Below, in pieces: positions 28,185-41,000 of a stretch of DNA of 58,488 nt (its first letter is position 1; the number at the start of each line of letters is the position of its first letter). Source of the DNA: Octopus bimaculoides. Its lineage: Eukaryota. The stretch spans positions 82,728,512 to 82,786,999 of the forward strand of contig NC_068981.1 in assembly GCF_001194135.2 (NCBI RefSeq), read 5' to 3'. The position numbers were made by a program, and so were the translations under genes. The notes under the pieces are model-generated. The model was not told the origin of the DNA. It saw only the letters and a program-made list of their open reading frames with translations, and searched no databases.

Positions 28185-28568
28185 CAAGAGTTAAGGAATG
28201 GAGTAGATAAGATCCCGGCTATATATGTTTCATAGCCAGCGGAACCTCGGAAGAGGTAAATATCCAAACGAGATGTATACCGCAGATTACTCTCCAGGTC
28301 AAGGATACCTTGATTAAATGAAAGTTTACATTGTCGCAAGGAGGTACATGTTAACACTTGGAAGATTCAATCACACATTCTGATTGATTCTTCCATGTGT
28401 TAACATGTACCTCGTTGCGACAATGTAAAGTTCCATTTATCAAGATATCTTTGGCCTGAAGAGTAGACTGCGGTATACATCTTGCTTCGATATTTACCTC
28501 TTCCACGGTTCCGCTTGCTATGAAACATATGTAACCCAGATCTTATCTCTTCCATTCCTTAGCTCTTG
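28185..28568. mobile_element. 384-bp fold-back element / MITE in a TA site
   Basis: TA|CAAGAGTTAAGGAATGGA ... TCCATTCCTTAGCTCTTG|TA; arms 28185-28373 and 28381-28568 are inverted copies around a 7-nt loop. Confidence 0.92.
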
Positions 28569-28799
28569 TATTCTTATTCGCAAAACCGGCAACCCTGGTT
28601 GCCTACCGTGAAATATAAAAATAACTTTTTTCAATATATAGTATTTCGATAAGAACCAAAATTCCACCATCTTCCGTCTCAATAAACCACTATTGTCCCT
28701 GAAAGTTGTCTTTTATATTTACTACGGTTTGCTTGAAGCTAACTTTCTTCCTACGCCTCGATCCTTGGATCTTATATATATATATATATATATATATAT

Positions 28800-29579
28800 N
28801 NNNNNNNNNNNNNNNNNNNNNNNNNNNNNNNNNNNNNNNNNNNNNNNNNNNNNNNNNNNNNNNNNNNNNNNNNNNNNNNNNNNNNNNNNNNNNNNNNNNN
28901 NNNNNNNNNNNNNNNNNNNNNNNNNNNNNNNNNNNNNNNNNNNNNNNNNNNNNNNNNNNNNNNNNNNNNNNNNNNNNNNNNNNNNNNNNNNNNNNNNNNN
29001 NNNNNNNNNNNNNNNNNNNNNNNNNNNNNNNNNNNNNNNNNNNNNNNNNNNNNNNNNNNNNNNNNNNNNNNNNNNNNNNNNNNNNNNNNNNNNNNNNNNN
29101 NNNNNNNNNNNNNNNNNNNNNNNNNNNNNNNNNNNNNNNNNNNNNNNNNNNNNNNNNNNNNNNNNNNNNNNNNNNNNNNNNNNNNNNNNNNNNNNNNNNN
29201 NNNNNNNNNNNNNNNNNNNNNNNNNNNNNNNNNNNNNNNNNNNNNNNNNNNNNNNNNNNNNNNNNNNNNNNNNNNNNNNNNNNNNNNNNNNNNNNNNNNN
29301 NNNNNNNNNNNNNNNNNNNNNNNNNNNNNNNNNNNNNNNNNNNNNNNNNNNNNNNNNNNNNNNNNNNNNNNNNNNNNNNNNNNNNNNNNNNNNNNNNNNN
29401 NNNNNNNNNNNNNNNNNNNNNNNNNNNNNNNNNNNNNNNNNNNNNNNNNNNNNNNNNNNNNNNNNNNNNNNNNNNNNNNNNNNNNNNNNNNNNNNNNNNN
29501 NNNNNNNNNNNNNNNNNNNNNNNNNNNNNNNNNNNNNNNNNNNNNNNNNNNNNNNNNNNNNNNNNNNNNNNNNNNNNNN
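28800..29579. other. Assembly gap (one of 12)
   Basis: N runs: 906-1098, 7938-7947, 24317-24447, 28800-29579, 33144-33488, 35138-35289, 36628-36637, 37515-37882, 43752-44582, 45323-45332, 46310-46934, 51402-51521. Confidence 0.99.
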
Positions 29580-31079
29580 ATATATATATATATATATATA
29601 TATATAATGTGTACGCGCGCGTGTGTAAACATCGTTAGAAAAGATACAAAAGAAACTCATAATGCGATTTCTCTCAAGCACTTATCAAACTCAATCCGTT
29701 TGCTAAGTTAAATGCATATATATATAAATACACACATGTATTGAGTACTACTTCTGTTTGGTTCACCAGCTATCTGTTTCATATATAGATGCATGTGTGC
29801 GTCCCCATTAAGCCACCAGTATTTAACAGATTTCTTTGACACAGTATATTACGGATATTAACGACTAAGGACGGATGACAAGCACATATGATGGAAAGGG
29901 ACGAACGTAAATATTGCGAATCAACCCGGCACCCTACAGTTCTTTTCAACTTTGCTGCAGCAGTTAATTTTCGTTTGGCAGTTTGTTCTCAATTTACAAT
30001 TATATGTTTTACAAGACAACATTTTTACAGATGTTTCTCTCATTTCATTTGATTTCTTATCATGATGATACACTTGGTTTGAATTTTATTCCCGTAATAT
30101 CATGTTACTGAACTGATAAAAATAATATCAAATGCGTATCCATTTCCAAGTGCAAATAAAATAAACTGATAGGAAAAAGACATTATAGAACCAATATAAG
30201 TAATTTAAGTTTTCGAGTCTTGTAACCTCACATTTCTTTTCCTTTTATATATACATCTATATATACTATGGTTCAATCTTCATTTTCCCTTCAGAAAGTC
30301 CGATGTTAGTCTTCTCTTCGTTCAAGTCATCTGTGATTAAGTGGATTTTTGATCTAAGGCATTCCATTAATATCTTTACAATCTTTTCTGCAGATACAAT
30401 GTATCTATGACCACATTATACACTATTCCCTAGTTTAAAGCCATCTATGTTTTATTTGAGGAATATTCGGTTTTTATATCTAGCAGATCAAACGATTACA
30501 CAAAGGCTCCCTATGTTGCTGCATTCTCTACTCTTGCTGAGATTTCCAAAACATTTCGTTCACTTAAATTTAGACTTTTAATTCTCGTTGCCTCAGTAAA
30601 TAATCGAAGAACATATTTCCACCGAACCAACAGGCAGGAGATCTTGAATATAGACCAAGATTTGTATAATGTAATATCCATATTAAAAGTTAGCCAAGCT
30701 TGGGAATCCAGCAGGAAAGTGTAATTACAATTGTTTGTCCCAAGGGAGTGGTTGATTGAGGATTCTACATGCACGACCATTCCAGGAATAATGGGCGGCG
30801 AAAATGGCTGGATTGATTTCTTTTTGTTTAATCTCAGATAATCCCTTGATCGTGGTCATCAACGACATGTTATTAACAATGAGTGATTATATTTTCGAAC
30901 TTTGTTGCCTCTGGAAATATATTATTGAATTTGTTGTTTCTGTTGTAGCACATTACGATGGTGATATGAGGTTAATTCTGCTATTCCTTGCTTTCTTTGT
31001 GTGCTACTGGTGTGCAGAGATGTGGCTAGGCAGAACAATCTCACCTGTTTATATCTGTTTAAAATTTTACCTGAACATG

Positions 31080-31500
31080 GCGTATTATATGCTATCATAT
31101 AATCTATGAATACCTCAAGTATAAATAACAGCACCTGCCGCAGAAAATTCGCTTGTCCACTCATGAACCAATGTATTCAAAAACGCATAATATACAAATG
31201 CACAATCTCCACACCACAACGCAAATACCCATACATAGGTGCCTCGGAAAATCAATTCAATGTCCTTTATCACAACTATATCTCGTCGTTACGACAGATA
31301 AACAGACAACACGAAACTTCACTGGCAGACCTAATATGGTATACTTTTTAGATATTTAATAACTATTAAAAAAATATTTTTCCAATTATTGTAACTGTAT
31401 TAAATAATATTTCTAAAAGACTTCAATATACAAGTTGCAGTGAATCTTTTGTCGTCTAAATTACACAAAAATGAAAATAACACTGACATCTCATTTTAAC
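31080..31500 (+). mobile_element. Penelope-like element remnant, GIY-YIG endonuclease region
   Basis: ORF 31106-31351 reads CRRKFACPLMNQCIQKRIIYKCTISTPQRKYPYIGASENQFNVLYHNYISSL..HETSLADLIW, matching the PLE pattern CxC..CPL..C..VIY..YIG.T/SE..F...HN..S...T.L...IW. Degenerate NNISKR lies downstream. Boundaries approximate. Confidence 0.85.
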
Positions 31501-31559
31501 AGATATATTTACCAAAATTACATAAAAATATTTTGAAATATTAAACATAACATTTATTC

Positions 31560-32292
31560 AATAAAATCGCCATTGACTTCAACTACGGCCTCCAGATGAC
31601 ATCGGAATTTCATGCAACGCTTCTGGGCGGTCTTCTTGTCTAAGTTGGTGAATGCTGCCATAATCGTTACCTTCAGTTCATCTTCGATGTTACAAGGCGT
31701 TTTGTTGGTCTCTCACTTAATAATAATCAAGGGGGTTGTAGTCTGGGGAGTTATGTGGCCAGATGTTAGGGGTGATGTGGTACCAGAAATTGTTTGACAG
31801 CCATGACTGGGCTCTCCTGGTTGTGGAACATGGTGCAGAATCCTGTTGCCAGACATAGGGTTTTCAGTAGCCACCTTTTTGATCCAGGGCAACACTACCT
31901 CTTTCAGGCACTTCATGTAGGCCTCCGCGTTGAGTCAGAGGCCGTGTGGGAAGATGAATGGAGGCATAAGGTTGCCATCAATAGTGATCACTCCAAACAC
32001 CATAATGGTGACAGGATGTTTGATTTTTATCATTCTCAGTTTATGTCCTCAGATTGCAATCTTGTGATTGACACCCAAGCACTCTGAAATGTTCGTATTG
32101 GAGCTTCCGGAGCGAATGCCAAGCAGTCCGTTCCAATTTTCTGGCAGAGTGAATCGCGTCATGGTACTGTTTTTCTCACAGACGGTACCCAACTGACCCT
32201 ACTATGCTGTGTATCGACAAAATCAAAAGGAAACCATGCGCATGCGTGAAATTAAAAATATAAAATGGCGACAATTTACCCATTGCACCCTG
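31560..32292 (-). mobile_element. Internally deleted Tc1/mariner (DD37D/maT-like) element, pseudogenised transposase
   Basis: Terminus TA|CAGGGTGCAATGGGTAAATTGTCGCC at 32292. Minus-strand translation across frameshifts: MTRFTLPE..LLGIRSGSSNTNISECLGVN, then KHPVTIMVFGVITIDGNLMPPFIFPHGL*LNAEAYMKCLKEVVLPWIKKVA..WQQDSAPC..WPHNSPDYNPLDY. Confidence 0.9.
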
Positions 32293-32814
32293 TATATATG
32301 TGTGTATGTGTGTATGTGTGCATGTGTGTGTGCATAAACTGGCAATTATCGATTCTCTTGAAGATCAAGAATCAAGAATTCTCCAAATTTAATGAAAAGG
32401 AGAAGTTTATCGCCAGGAGTTAAGGGAACAATCACGGACACACGTTTCTGTCTCAATAGCTAACAACAGAACGACATCTGTCCTACCTAACACATATTAT
32501 TTGGTTTGATCCAAGTTCGGTCTTATATCTGGTAGGATTTATGTGGGTGTAAGGCTGCTACCTGTAACCATAGGTATCCATAAGTTTTCAGTAGTCTTTC
32601 AAGTGCCTAGAGCCATCCAGATAATACTTGCTGTCCCTAAGAGATAAACTTTCTGTGGGAGCTCTACAGGGCATTCCATTCCAATCTCCTTTAGCCATTT
32701 GCCAATATTCTTGCTTATCATTATTGATACTTTAGTTTGGGTCCGAAAATTATCTAAGAGAAAAAATATTTAGTAACATACGCACATATACATATATTAT
32801 TAATATTATCAACA

Positions 32815-32830
32815 TCATCATCATCATCAC

Positions 32831-32873
<43 letters not shown>

Positions 32874-33020
32874 TAGTTTTATTTTTATAACGTGCTTTCA
32901 CTTCACTACCGAGCGCAGCTCTGTGCGCCTTGGGTATGTGCTGTGGTTTGCTGTGGTGCTCTTATGTTTACTGTATTGAAAGTGTTTTGCGTAGAATGTG
33001 TGCAGTACCCAGTAGTGCAA

Positions 33021-33073
<53 letters not shown>

Positions 33074-33090
33074 CATTATTATTACTATTG
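32815..33090. repeat. (CAT)n and two (ATT)n microsatellites
   Basis: Directly visible; source of the poly-I/N/Y ORFs. Confidence 0.95.
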
Positions 33091-33488
33091 GGTTTTTTTT
33101 CTTTCTTCAAATTTTCTTCCGTACACCTAGGGCAGAGAAACTCNNNNNNNNNNNNNNNNNNNNNNNNNNNNNNNNNNNNNNNNNNNNNNNNNNNNNNNNN
33201 NNNNNNNNNNNNNNNNNNNNNNNNNNNNNNNNNNNNNNNNNNNNNNNNNNNNNNNNNNNNNNNNNNNNNNNNNNNNNNNNNNNNNNNNNNNNNNNNNNNN
33301 NNNNNNNNNNNNNNNNNNNNNNNNNNNNNNNNNNNNNNNNNNNNNNNNNNNNNNNNNNNNNNNNNNNNNNNNNNNNNNNNNNNNNNNNNNNNNNNNNNNN
33401 NNNNNNNNNNNNNNNNNNNNNNNNNNNNNNNNNNNNNNNNNNNNNNNNNNNNNNNNNNNNNNNNNNNNNNNNNNNNNNNNNNNNNNNN

Positions 33489-33525
<37 letters not shown>

Positions 33526-34743
33526 GTATGTACATATGTATGTATGCATGCATGTATCTATAAATGTATGTATGTATGTACGTATGTATGTATGTTGGTA
33601 GGAGGTAGATAAGTAGGTAGGTAGGTAGGTAGATAGGTGGGTAGGTAAACAAAAATATGCTCTAATATCGTACAAAATCACATTCAAATGTGAATTCAAT
33701 GCATCGTGCGACGCAGCGTTGCATAATTTATTCATAGGTGTCATATCTGTAGCATATTCACATGTTTCTACTCCGTGAGAAAGAAACGATCTGCATGTTG
33801 CAGTGAGGTAAATTCTATTAAATATATATATAGAATCAACACAAAATTTATATAAAATATTTGTTAAGGGGAAAAAATTAAGCAAAAACTGCGTATGTAC
33901 AATAAATCTTATATAAATATTTATCAAATTTTAAGAAAACTAATACATTGTGATTCGTGCCCTCCAGGAGTGCGTTTAGATGATTTTGTCCATTAAAACT
34001 CATGGCTGAGCTTCAGTTTCTTTAATGCTTATTTAAATCGCTACTTACCTTGTAGCCATTTTTGATTATAACAATACGTCTTCTAAATGTGTGTTCTTTG
34101 AAAGATTTTCTTGCTTTGAGAAATAAATTATTTTCTGTGAGAGTGACTGAAACGATGGGAATGTGTTTTGTATTTATCAAATTTTCATCTCCATACGTGA
34201 AGAGATTGTGCGTGAGTTAGAAACTGGAGGAGCATGATCGCCATCACACATCGGAATTTATACATTTTTGCAATAAATATTGTCCAGCTTCAAATAGCGT
34301 TCTACTTTGCTAACAATAAAGGACAAGATAAAGTTATTATTTATTAGAAGAATGCTTTCATTTTGGCGTCAAGAGCTGTTAATGGAAATTCTTTGAAACT
34401 TTGACAGTCAGCAGGTATGCAATGTTTTAAGTGAGTGTAAATACATTTCTGTATGTGCATGTACGCGTGAGTGTGCACGCAAGAACACATGCGTGTTTAT
34501 ATATGATAAAAAAGGAGGTGTTGGGTAGATCTTGGCAAATTAACTTAGAAGCATCTCAGCGTATCCGGAAGAATATCACCTGAGCTCGTTTCTCCAGCGT
34601 TCACTACTTTACCTCGTTATGGCCCTTACCGTTTGTTTTTACTGTTTTGTTCTTACTGTCCTGTTTTTGTTACCACTTTGACCCTCCTCAAAAAATCCCC
34701 AATTTTATTTAATTTGCTTTGCGGGAACGACTGTTTTAACGAA

Positions 34744-34809
34744 GTCGCGTCTTGTCCCAACGTTCGAAACGCGGCGTAGATAAAACAGGGGACAACTGAT
34801 GAAGGGGTT
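34744..34809 (+). ncRNA. Candidate hammerhead ribozyme, non-circularly permuted strand order
   Basis: GTCGCG-TC|TTGTCCC-AACGTTC-GAAA-CGCGGC-(13 nt)-GGGACAA-CTGATGA-A-GGGGTT. Stem III 7 bp, stem I 7 bp, stem II 6 bp with a bulge; CUGAUGA, GAAA and GUC are all intact. Confidence 0.7.
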
Positions 34810-35092
34810 GTTCTTTATGTTGCCTGTCTCGTTTCTCTATTTGTTTCTTTCGTTGTCCTAAAAAAGTTCGTTTTCCATGCTTTTGTTTTTTTAAATTATC
34901 GTTTTTCATTCTGTTCACGTTTTCTTGACGTCCTGTACCCATACATGCATGTATATATACATATATATGCACGTATGTACATATATGAATGTATATATGC
35001 ATGTATATATATTATTCATATTATTATGTGATCGAACGCCACGCGTCCATTTCCAAGTAAGTTTTACCTGCATACATATATAGATACATATA

Positions 35093-35137
<45 letters not shown>

Positions 35138-38100
35138 NNNNNNNNNNNNNNNNNNNNNNNNNNNNNNNNNNNNNNNNNNNNNNNNNNNNNNNNNNNNNNN
35201 NNNNNNNNNNNNNNNNNNNNNNNNNNNNNNNNNNNNNNNNNNNNNNNNNNNNNNNNNNNNNNNNNNNNNNNNNNNNNNNNNNNNNNNNNTATATATATAT
35301 ATATTTATGTACATATACATATATATAATTTTATATATATAATCTTAAGAACCTCCATATCACCCGTCACCCACTTCAACCACATACAAAAAAAAAGAAA
35401 AGAAAAGAAGGTAAAATAAGGATCAGGACCCGACTTGTCTTTCGGACACAGAGGAAACTTGCAAATGGACTTATAATGTTCAACCATGCAGGCACGGACG
35501 ACGGAATCGAAACAAGTAACGAAATGGAAAGAGCCTCTTGAACCAATTTTTTTTTTATCCCAGACGCAAAGACCGACGTCAATGAAATCTCTATCAGACG
35601 TTAACATTGCCAACCCAGTGATAAGTTATATGCCCAGCAACATTGCTACTTAAAATGTGCCAAATTATTCCCATTCTATTTTGCGCAAGCTCGCAGGAAA
35701 AGCGGCGAGCTGGCAGCATTGTTAACACGTCGGGTGAAATGCTTATCGGTATTTTTTCCGACTCATGTTCTGAGTTCAAATTCCGTTCCGGGTCAATTTC
35801 CGAGGTTCATAAAATAAGGCGCTTGTCAATTTCTGGGATCAATATAATTAGGTAACCACTCTTGTCTCACTTTCAAGAAAAGTGCCTATATTAGAAACAA
35901 TTATTTCAGAACCACAGGCGAACACATTCGAGCAATGCCACCGGCACACAACTCCTATATTATTTACCAATATGGTTTACTAACAAGTAAAGTATATATA
36001 CACATATATACATACGCATATATCTGTATATGTATACGTGTGTGTGTGTGGACAAATATATAGACACATAGACCCATATACTTAATTATTAGTTTACGTA
36101 CATACTTGCAAATATAAGTTTGTTTATCATTTGTTACTGACTAGGAGACATGATGTTTGATGCTCGGTAATGCAGACGTTAGAAGACAAAGAAACACTTA
36201 ACGTTGTGTGTGAAGACGTACATACAAGGGGCATTGAAAAATGCCTGGCTGTGGGCAAAATATAATACAGGAGGATCAGTTAATTATGGTTTTATGCAAC
36301 ATACTCCTTCTCAGATTCACACTCTCGCAGCAGCGATCCTTCAGTTTTTCTGATCCCTGTAAAAGAACTCGGAAATTTTTCGCGATAGACTTACAACCAG
36401 GAACGTTTCAACCCCACCACATCGTACATAGACACGGACAGACAGACAGACAGACACACACGCACACACACACATATACACACAGAGTTTCTCTCTCACA
36501 CACATACACACACATATATCTATATATGTAGATGTGTGTATGTATATATATATATGTATACATGTATGTATGCATGTGTGTGTATGTATGTATGTATGTA
36601 TTATGTATGTATGTATGTATCTCTCTCNNNNNNNNNNTATATATATATATATATATATATATATTTACACGATGTTCGTTCGAGATGACAAACAGACGCT
36701 CTGTATATACCCGTATGTGTATGTATGAATGTATGTATGTATGAATGTATGTATATATGTGTGTATCTACGCATGCATGTGTGTGTATTTTTTTTATCTA
36801 TGTTCATATATAAGCGTGTGTATTTGTGTGCGTTTGAGTATGTACTTTTTTTTATATCTATTTTTTCCCAACTCCCTGGAATAAAGTCCACAATCCACAA
36901 AGACACAAAATACATAAAGTAATTAATGTAATAATTGTTTCATTTTTACATTTGATACAACTTTGAGCAGAATTTTTCATATAGAACAAAGAAACCAACA
37001 CAAAAACACATCTATCTGTAAACAATACTGTTATATTTCTGTCTTTCAATTCTAGACCACCCAAGTTAAGTCTTCTGAGACTGAAAGGCGGAGAGACGAA
37101 ACACAATGTTCTGTTATTTCGTTTTGCCGGATTCATTTTCTCGCTTACTTTGTTCTTATTTATCAAATCTATTTTAAATACAGACTGAAGATTAAACGAA
37201 ATTAATTTAGAAGAGAGAGATGTTAATTTGTTTGATTTTGATGTTTTCTTTCCTTTTTTTTTTTGTACCACTTAATGGAACGCCAAAAAATATTAAGAAC
37301 ATATAACTACACAAAAATTGTATGCCTGTGTATTTGTATATTGGTGTGTATGCATATACATACATGCACGCATTCACACACACATATATATATATATTAT
37401 GTGTATATACATATACATAATATATATATATTATATGTATGTACACACGCACACATATGCATACACAAGGCTATATATGCCTATACGTGTATATATATAT
37501 ATATATATATATATNNNNNNNNNNNNNNNNNNNNNNNNNNNNNNNNNNNNNNNNNNNNNNNNNNNNNNNNNNNNNNNNNNNNNNNNNNNNNNNNNNNNNN
37601 NNNNNNNNNNNNNNNNNNNNNNNNNNNNNNNNNNNNNNNNNNNNNNNNNNNNNNNNNNNNNNNNNNNNNNNNNNNNNNNNNNNNNNNNNNNNNNNNNNNN
37701 NNNNNNNNNNNNNNNNNNNNNNNNNNNNNNNNNNNNNNNNNNNNNNNNNNNNNNNNNNNNNNNNNNNNNNNNNNNNNNNNNNNNNNNNNNNNNNNNNNNN
37801 NNNNNNNNNNNNNNNNNNNNNNNNNNNNNNNNNNNNNNNNNNNNNNNNNNNNNNNNNNNNNNNNNNNNNNNNNNNNNNNNNNATATATATATATACGTAT
37901 AATATATGCGTGTGTATGTGTGTGTGTATGTGTGGTATACTTACACATTTATAGTAATTGTAATAAATCTTATTCTGAATTTGTCACTCACCATAATAAA
38001 AAAAATTAGTATTAATTGTATGTGAGAACACCAGCGCGAATGATAATATATACCTGCATTCTCACTACCTGTCCTACTCTAATCCATTTGCGTATTACAC

Positions 38101-38251
38101 TTGTATGCACTCTTTATCTCCCTTCTACCTATTTGTATTCAATCTAAAAACGCTTCCCTTTATAAATGCACATATAAAAATGCATTGAATCACATCATGC
38201 CTATGTGTTTATATTTATACATTTGGTGACAAATTTGTGGTTCCTTTGGAA

Positions 38252-38637
38252 TAGTAGTTCCCAACTGGGGTCCGTATGAGCCCTGAGGATCCATATATGA
38301 TTTTGTGGGGTCCACACTACTAAATATTAAGTTGGGCTTCCACAGTAGTATTTTAAGGGTCTCTGAAAACTTTTGCTTTTGATGTATGTATTGGTATGTA
38401 TTGCAAAAACCAGCTAGGTTTCTTTCTCTAATGTTTTACATAGTTCAACCTACACAAGTTAGTGCGTGAATAACAAAACAGGAATTTTGAAAGAAGTATC
38501 CATAAAACTAGTTTTTAAACATTGAATGGCTATGTGTGTTTGTGTATGTGTGGTGGTGGTGGTGGTGGTGGTGGTGGGTGCCAGAATAAAATACAAATCA
38601 AAGGAGCCCATAGATAAAAAATGGTTGAGAACTCCTG
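38252..38637. mobile_element. Non-autonomous hAT (Charlie-like) element
   Basis: Ends TAGTAGTTCCCAAC ... GGTTGAGAACTCCTG resemble CAGTGGTTCCCAAC TIRs; 8-bp flanks CTTTGGAA / CATTAGAA match 6/8 (decayed TSD). Confidence 0.75.
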
Positions 38638-40262
38638 CATTAGAACATCGGATAGATTAGATTGATCTGAGTTCCGGCTGCATGAGCTTTGATTTCAAGA
38701 ACCACAACGGTCAACTTTGTAATGTTTTTGAGGTAGTGAACATATGCTCCAGTCTTGTATTGGAGTCGATTCATGACTTTCCTTATGTCTGTCAGTTTCT
38801 GTCAATTTGTTTTTTAGAGATAGGTTCCTGCAGATGAAAGGGACGCAGGTCAATATTGGGAAGTAGCTGTATTCATTATTAAAGTCTGCACTAATCTTAT
38901 GATGATGACTATGCACCGATATGTATATAGCTGACCGCAACCTCATGTGTATTTGTAGCGCAAACACGTCTTCGTGCGATGTTTTGGTCACCTCTACGTA
39001 TATAATACGAAAATTAAAGGTGGATTATTTTACAGGAATGTGAAGAGATGTATTGGATCAAAATATATCAGTTGAAACAAACGAGGCTGTGATGTTTGTG
39101 TTCTCGGGTTCGGTACTACTACTTTAAAAACACTTCGTTGAGCAAAAATTGGTCTGTCCAGCTTAATGCCCCCAACTACCGTGTTGATGCCTTGAAGCCC
39201 ACTATGTTATAAGCATTCGACCCATACCTCTCGTTTGAAGATAATCTATTCTCTTTGATGTTACAGTTTCTGTAGCCCTAAGGTAAGTCATGAACTTTTC
39301 TCTTTTGTCTTCTGGTGCAGATATAGAAAGGATGTAATTGTTTAAAAGAACTTGCACAGGTTAAATTGATCTTGGAATAATTTAATGAAGTCCCACATAG
39401 AATCTTTGCAACATATATGAGCATAGAAAATTTAACCAGAATTTAACTAGTAGTTTGTTTTTCCAATATATAAAAGACAATGTTTTTATCAATAGCATTA
39501 AAATTCATACTTATTTTGAACTGCTTAAATGCACAAATCATTGTAGTCAGTGCTATCCTGGTTTTTTTTAAATACACAAATCATTGTAGTCAGTGTTAGC
39601 CTGATTACTTTGCAATGCCTTACGGCATTACAAAGTAATTTAGAGAAAAAGTCAGTACTATTGAGTGCATTCCTTAGAGTTAGTATTTGATCGAAACGCA
39701 ATTAAAAATTAATCATTAGTACATCCTCTAGCAATGTAAATCATTATCTAATAACTGCTCCAATATAAAATATATTTTGTCCCATAAAGAAGAAACTACC
39801 AAATATATTACGTTTTCTCTAATATGAAAACCAAATTTCTTTGTATACTTTACCAGAAAATACTAACCAAAATGAAATTCATTTAAAAATAATTAAGTAC
39901 TTTATAAAACTTTTAAAAAATTATAATAAAAATATCATTTTATTAATTAATTGAAGAATATGATAAGGACAGAATTTTCTACTGATAACGAAGCAATTTA
40001 GTTCAACACAGAGGTTGAGAATGTAAAAACAGTAAAATTGCAGATGATAAAATCAAAACAGCAACTAAGAAAGAAAATAGACGTAATTAAAGAACTGAAG
40101 AATGTGAAAACAAAGTATTAGCTTTCATAGCGTGCATCCGACAGAACCAGACAGGACTCTGCTGTATATGAAAACATGATAAAATAGTTTTATAATTTTT
40201 GTCTGAATTGAAATAATTGTTGCATAAAAGGAAAAATTACGAATAAGAGAATCTGAAGAGGC

Positions 40263-40700
40263 AAAAAGGCTAGTTCTTAAATCTCTCTAAGAAATGAACG
40301 CAGTAGTTGTACTAACAAGTAATGTTCGTAGCCACTTAAACAAGGATGTTCCGTTCGAACAGACCTTACTGCGATTTTTTAAATCTTAATAGGACATCTC
40401 CTCTAACTATTTAACGATGCACACCTGCATCCGATATATTGCGAGTAGCGAGGTGAGCCCCTTCCATCTCCTAGCGACGGGACCAATAAACCAGTCTGGT
40501 TTCGGCCTATTTCCTTCCCTCTTCAGTACTGGATGCAGCTTTGCATCGTTAACCTGCTAGAAGAGATGTCCTCTTGTGGTTAAAAAAAATCGCAGTAAAG
40601 TCCGTTCGAACGGAACAGCAATGTTGAAGTGGCTACGAACATTATTTGCCAATACAACTACTGCGTTCATCACTTAGAGAGATTTTGGAACTAGCTTTTT
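40263..40700. mobile_element. Fold-back MITE with inverted arms of about 165 bp
   Basis: AAAAAGGCTAGTTC..GAACGCAGTAGTTGTA..GTTCGTAGCCACTT is inverted at AAGTGGCTACGAAC..TACAACTACTGCGTTC..GAACTAGCTTTTT. Confidence 0.9.
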
Positions 40701-40724
40701 TTACTTGTTGAAAAATCAGCGACT

Positions 40725-41000
40725 TTGTGTCACCTGAATTTATATATATTGCGAGCAGAAGCGACTACTGTCATCTCTAGCTGACGAGGTATCCAGTACT
40801 GAAGAGAGGCAGAAATAACCTGAAACCAAACTAGTACGCCGGTCCAATCGCTAGAAGGGGTTCGTTCCCTTGCTCGTAATATATCGGATGCCAGTGTGCA
40901 TGTTTAAACAGCTAGGGGAGATGTCCTCTTGGGGTTAAAAAATCGCAGTAATGTCCGTTGGAACGGAACAGTCATGTTGAAGTGGCTACGAATGTTACTA
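40725..41000. mobile_element. Partial second copy of the 40263-40700 family
   Basis: Shares ATATCGGATG..GAGATGTCCTCTTG..AAAATCGCAGTAA..GGAACAG..TGTTGAAGTGGCTACGAA; its core is inverted relative to the first copy. Confidence 0.8.

Noticed and set aside
28693-29681. Long ORFs of 286-319 aa (and similar ones at 33088-33927, 37263-38009, 43540-44766, 46275-47006)
   Set aside because: They are open only because they run through N gaps and (TA)n tracts.
38695-38991. 98-aa minus-strand ORF in complex sequence (also 35305-35613 and 41767-42027)
   Set aside because: No recognisable domain or splice support; the length is within chance range.
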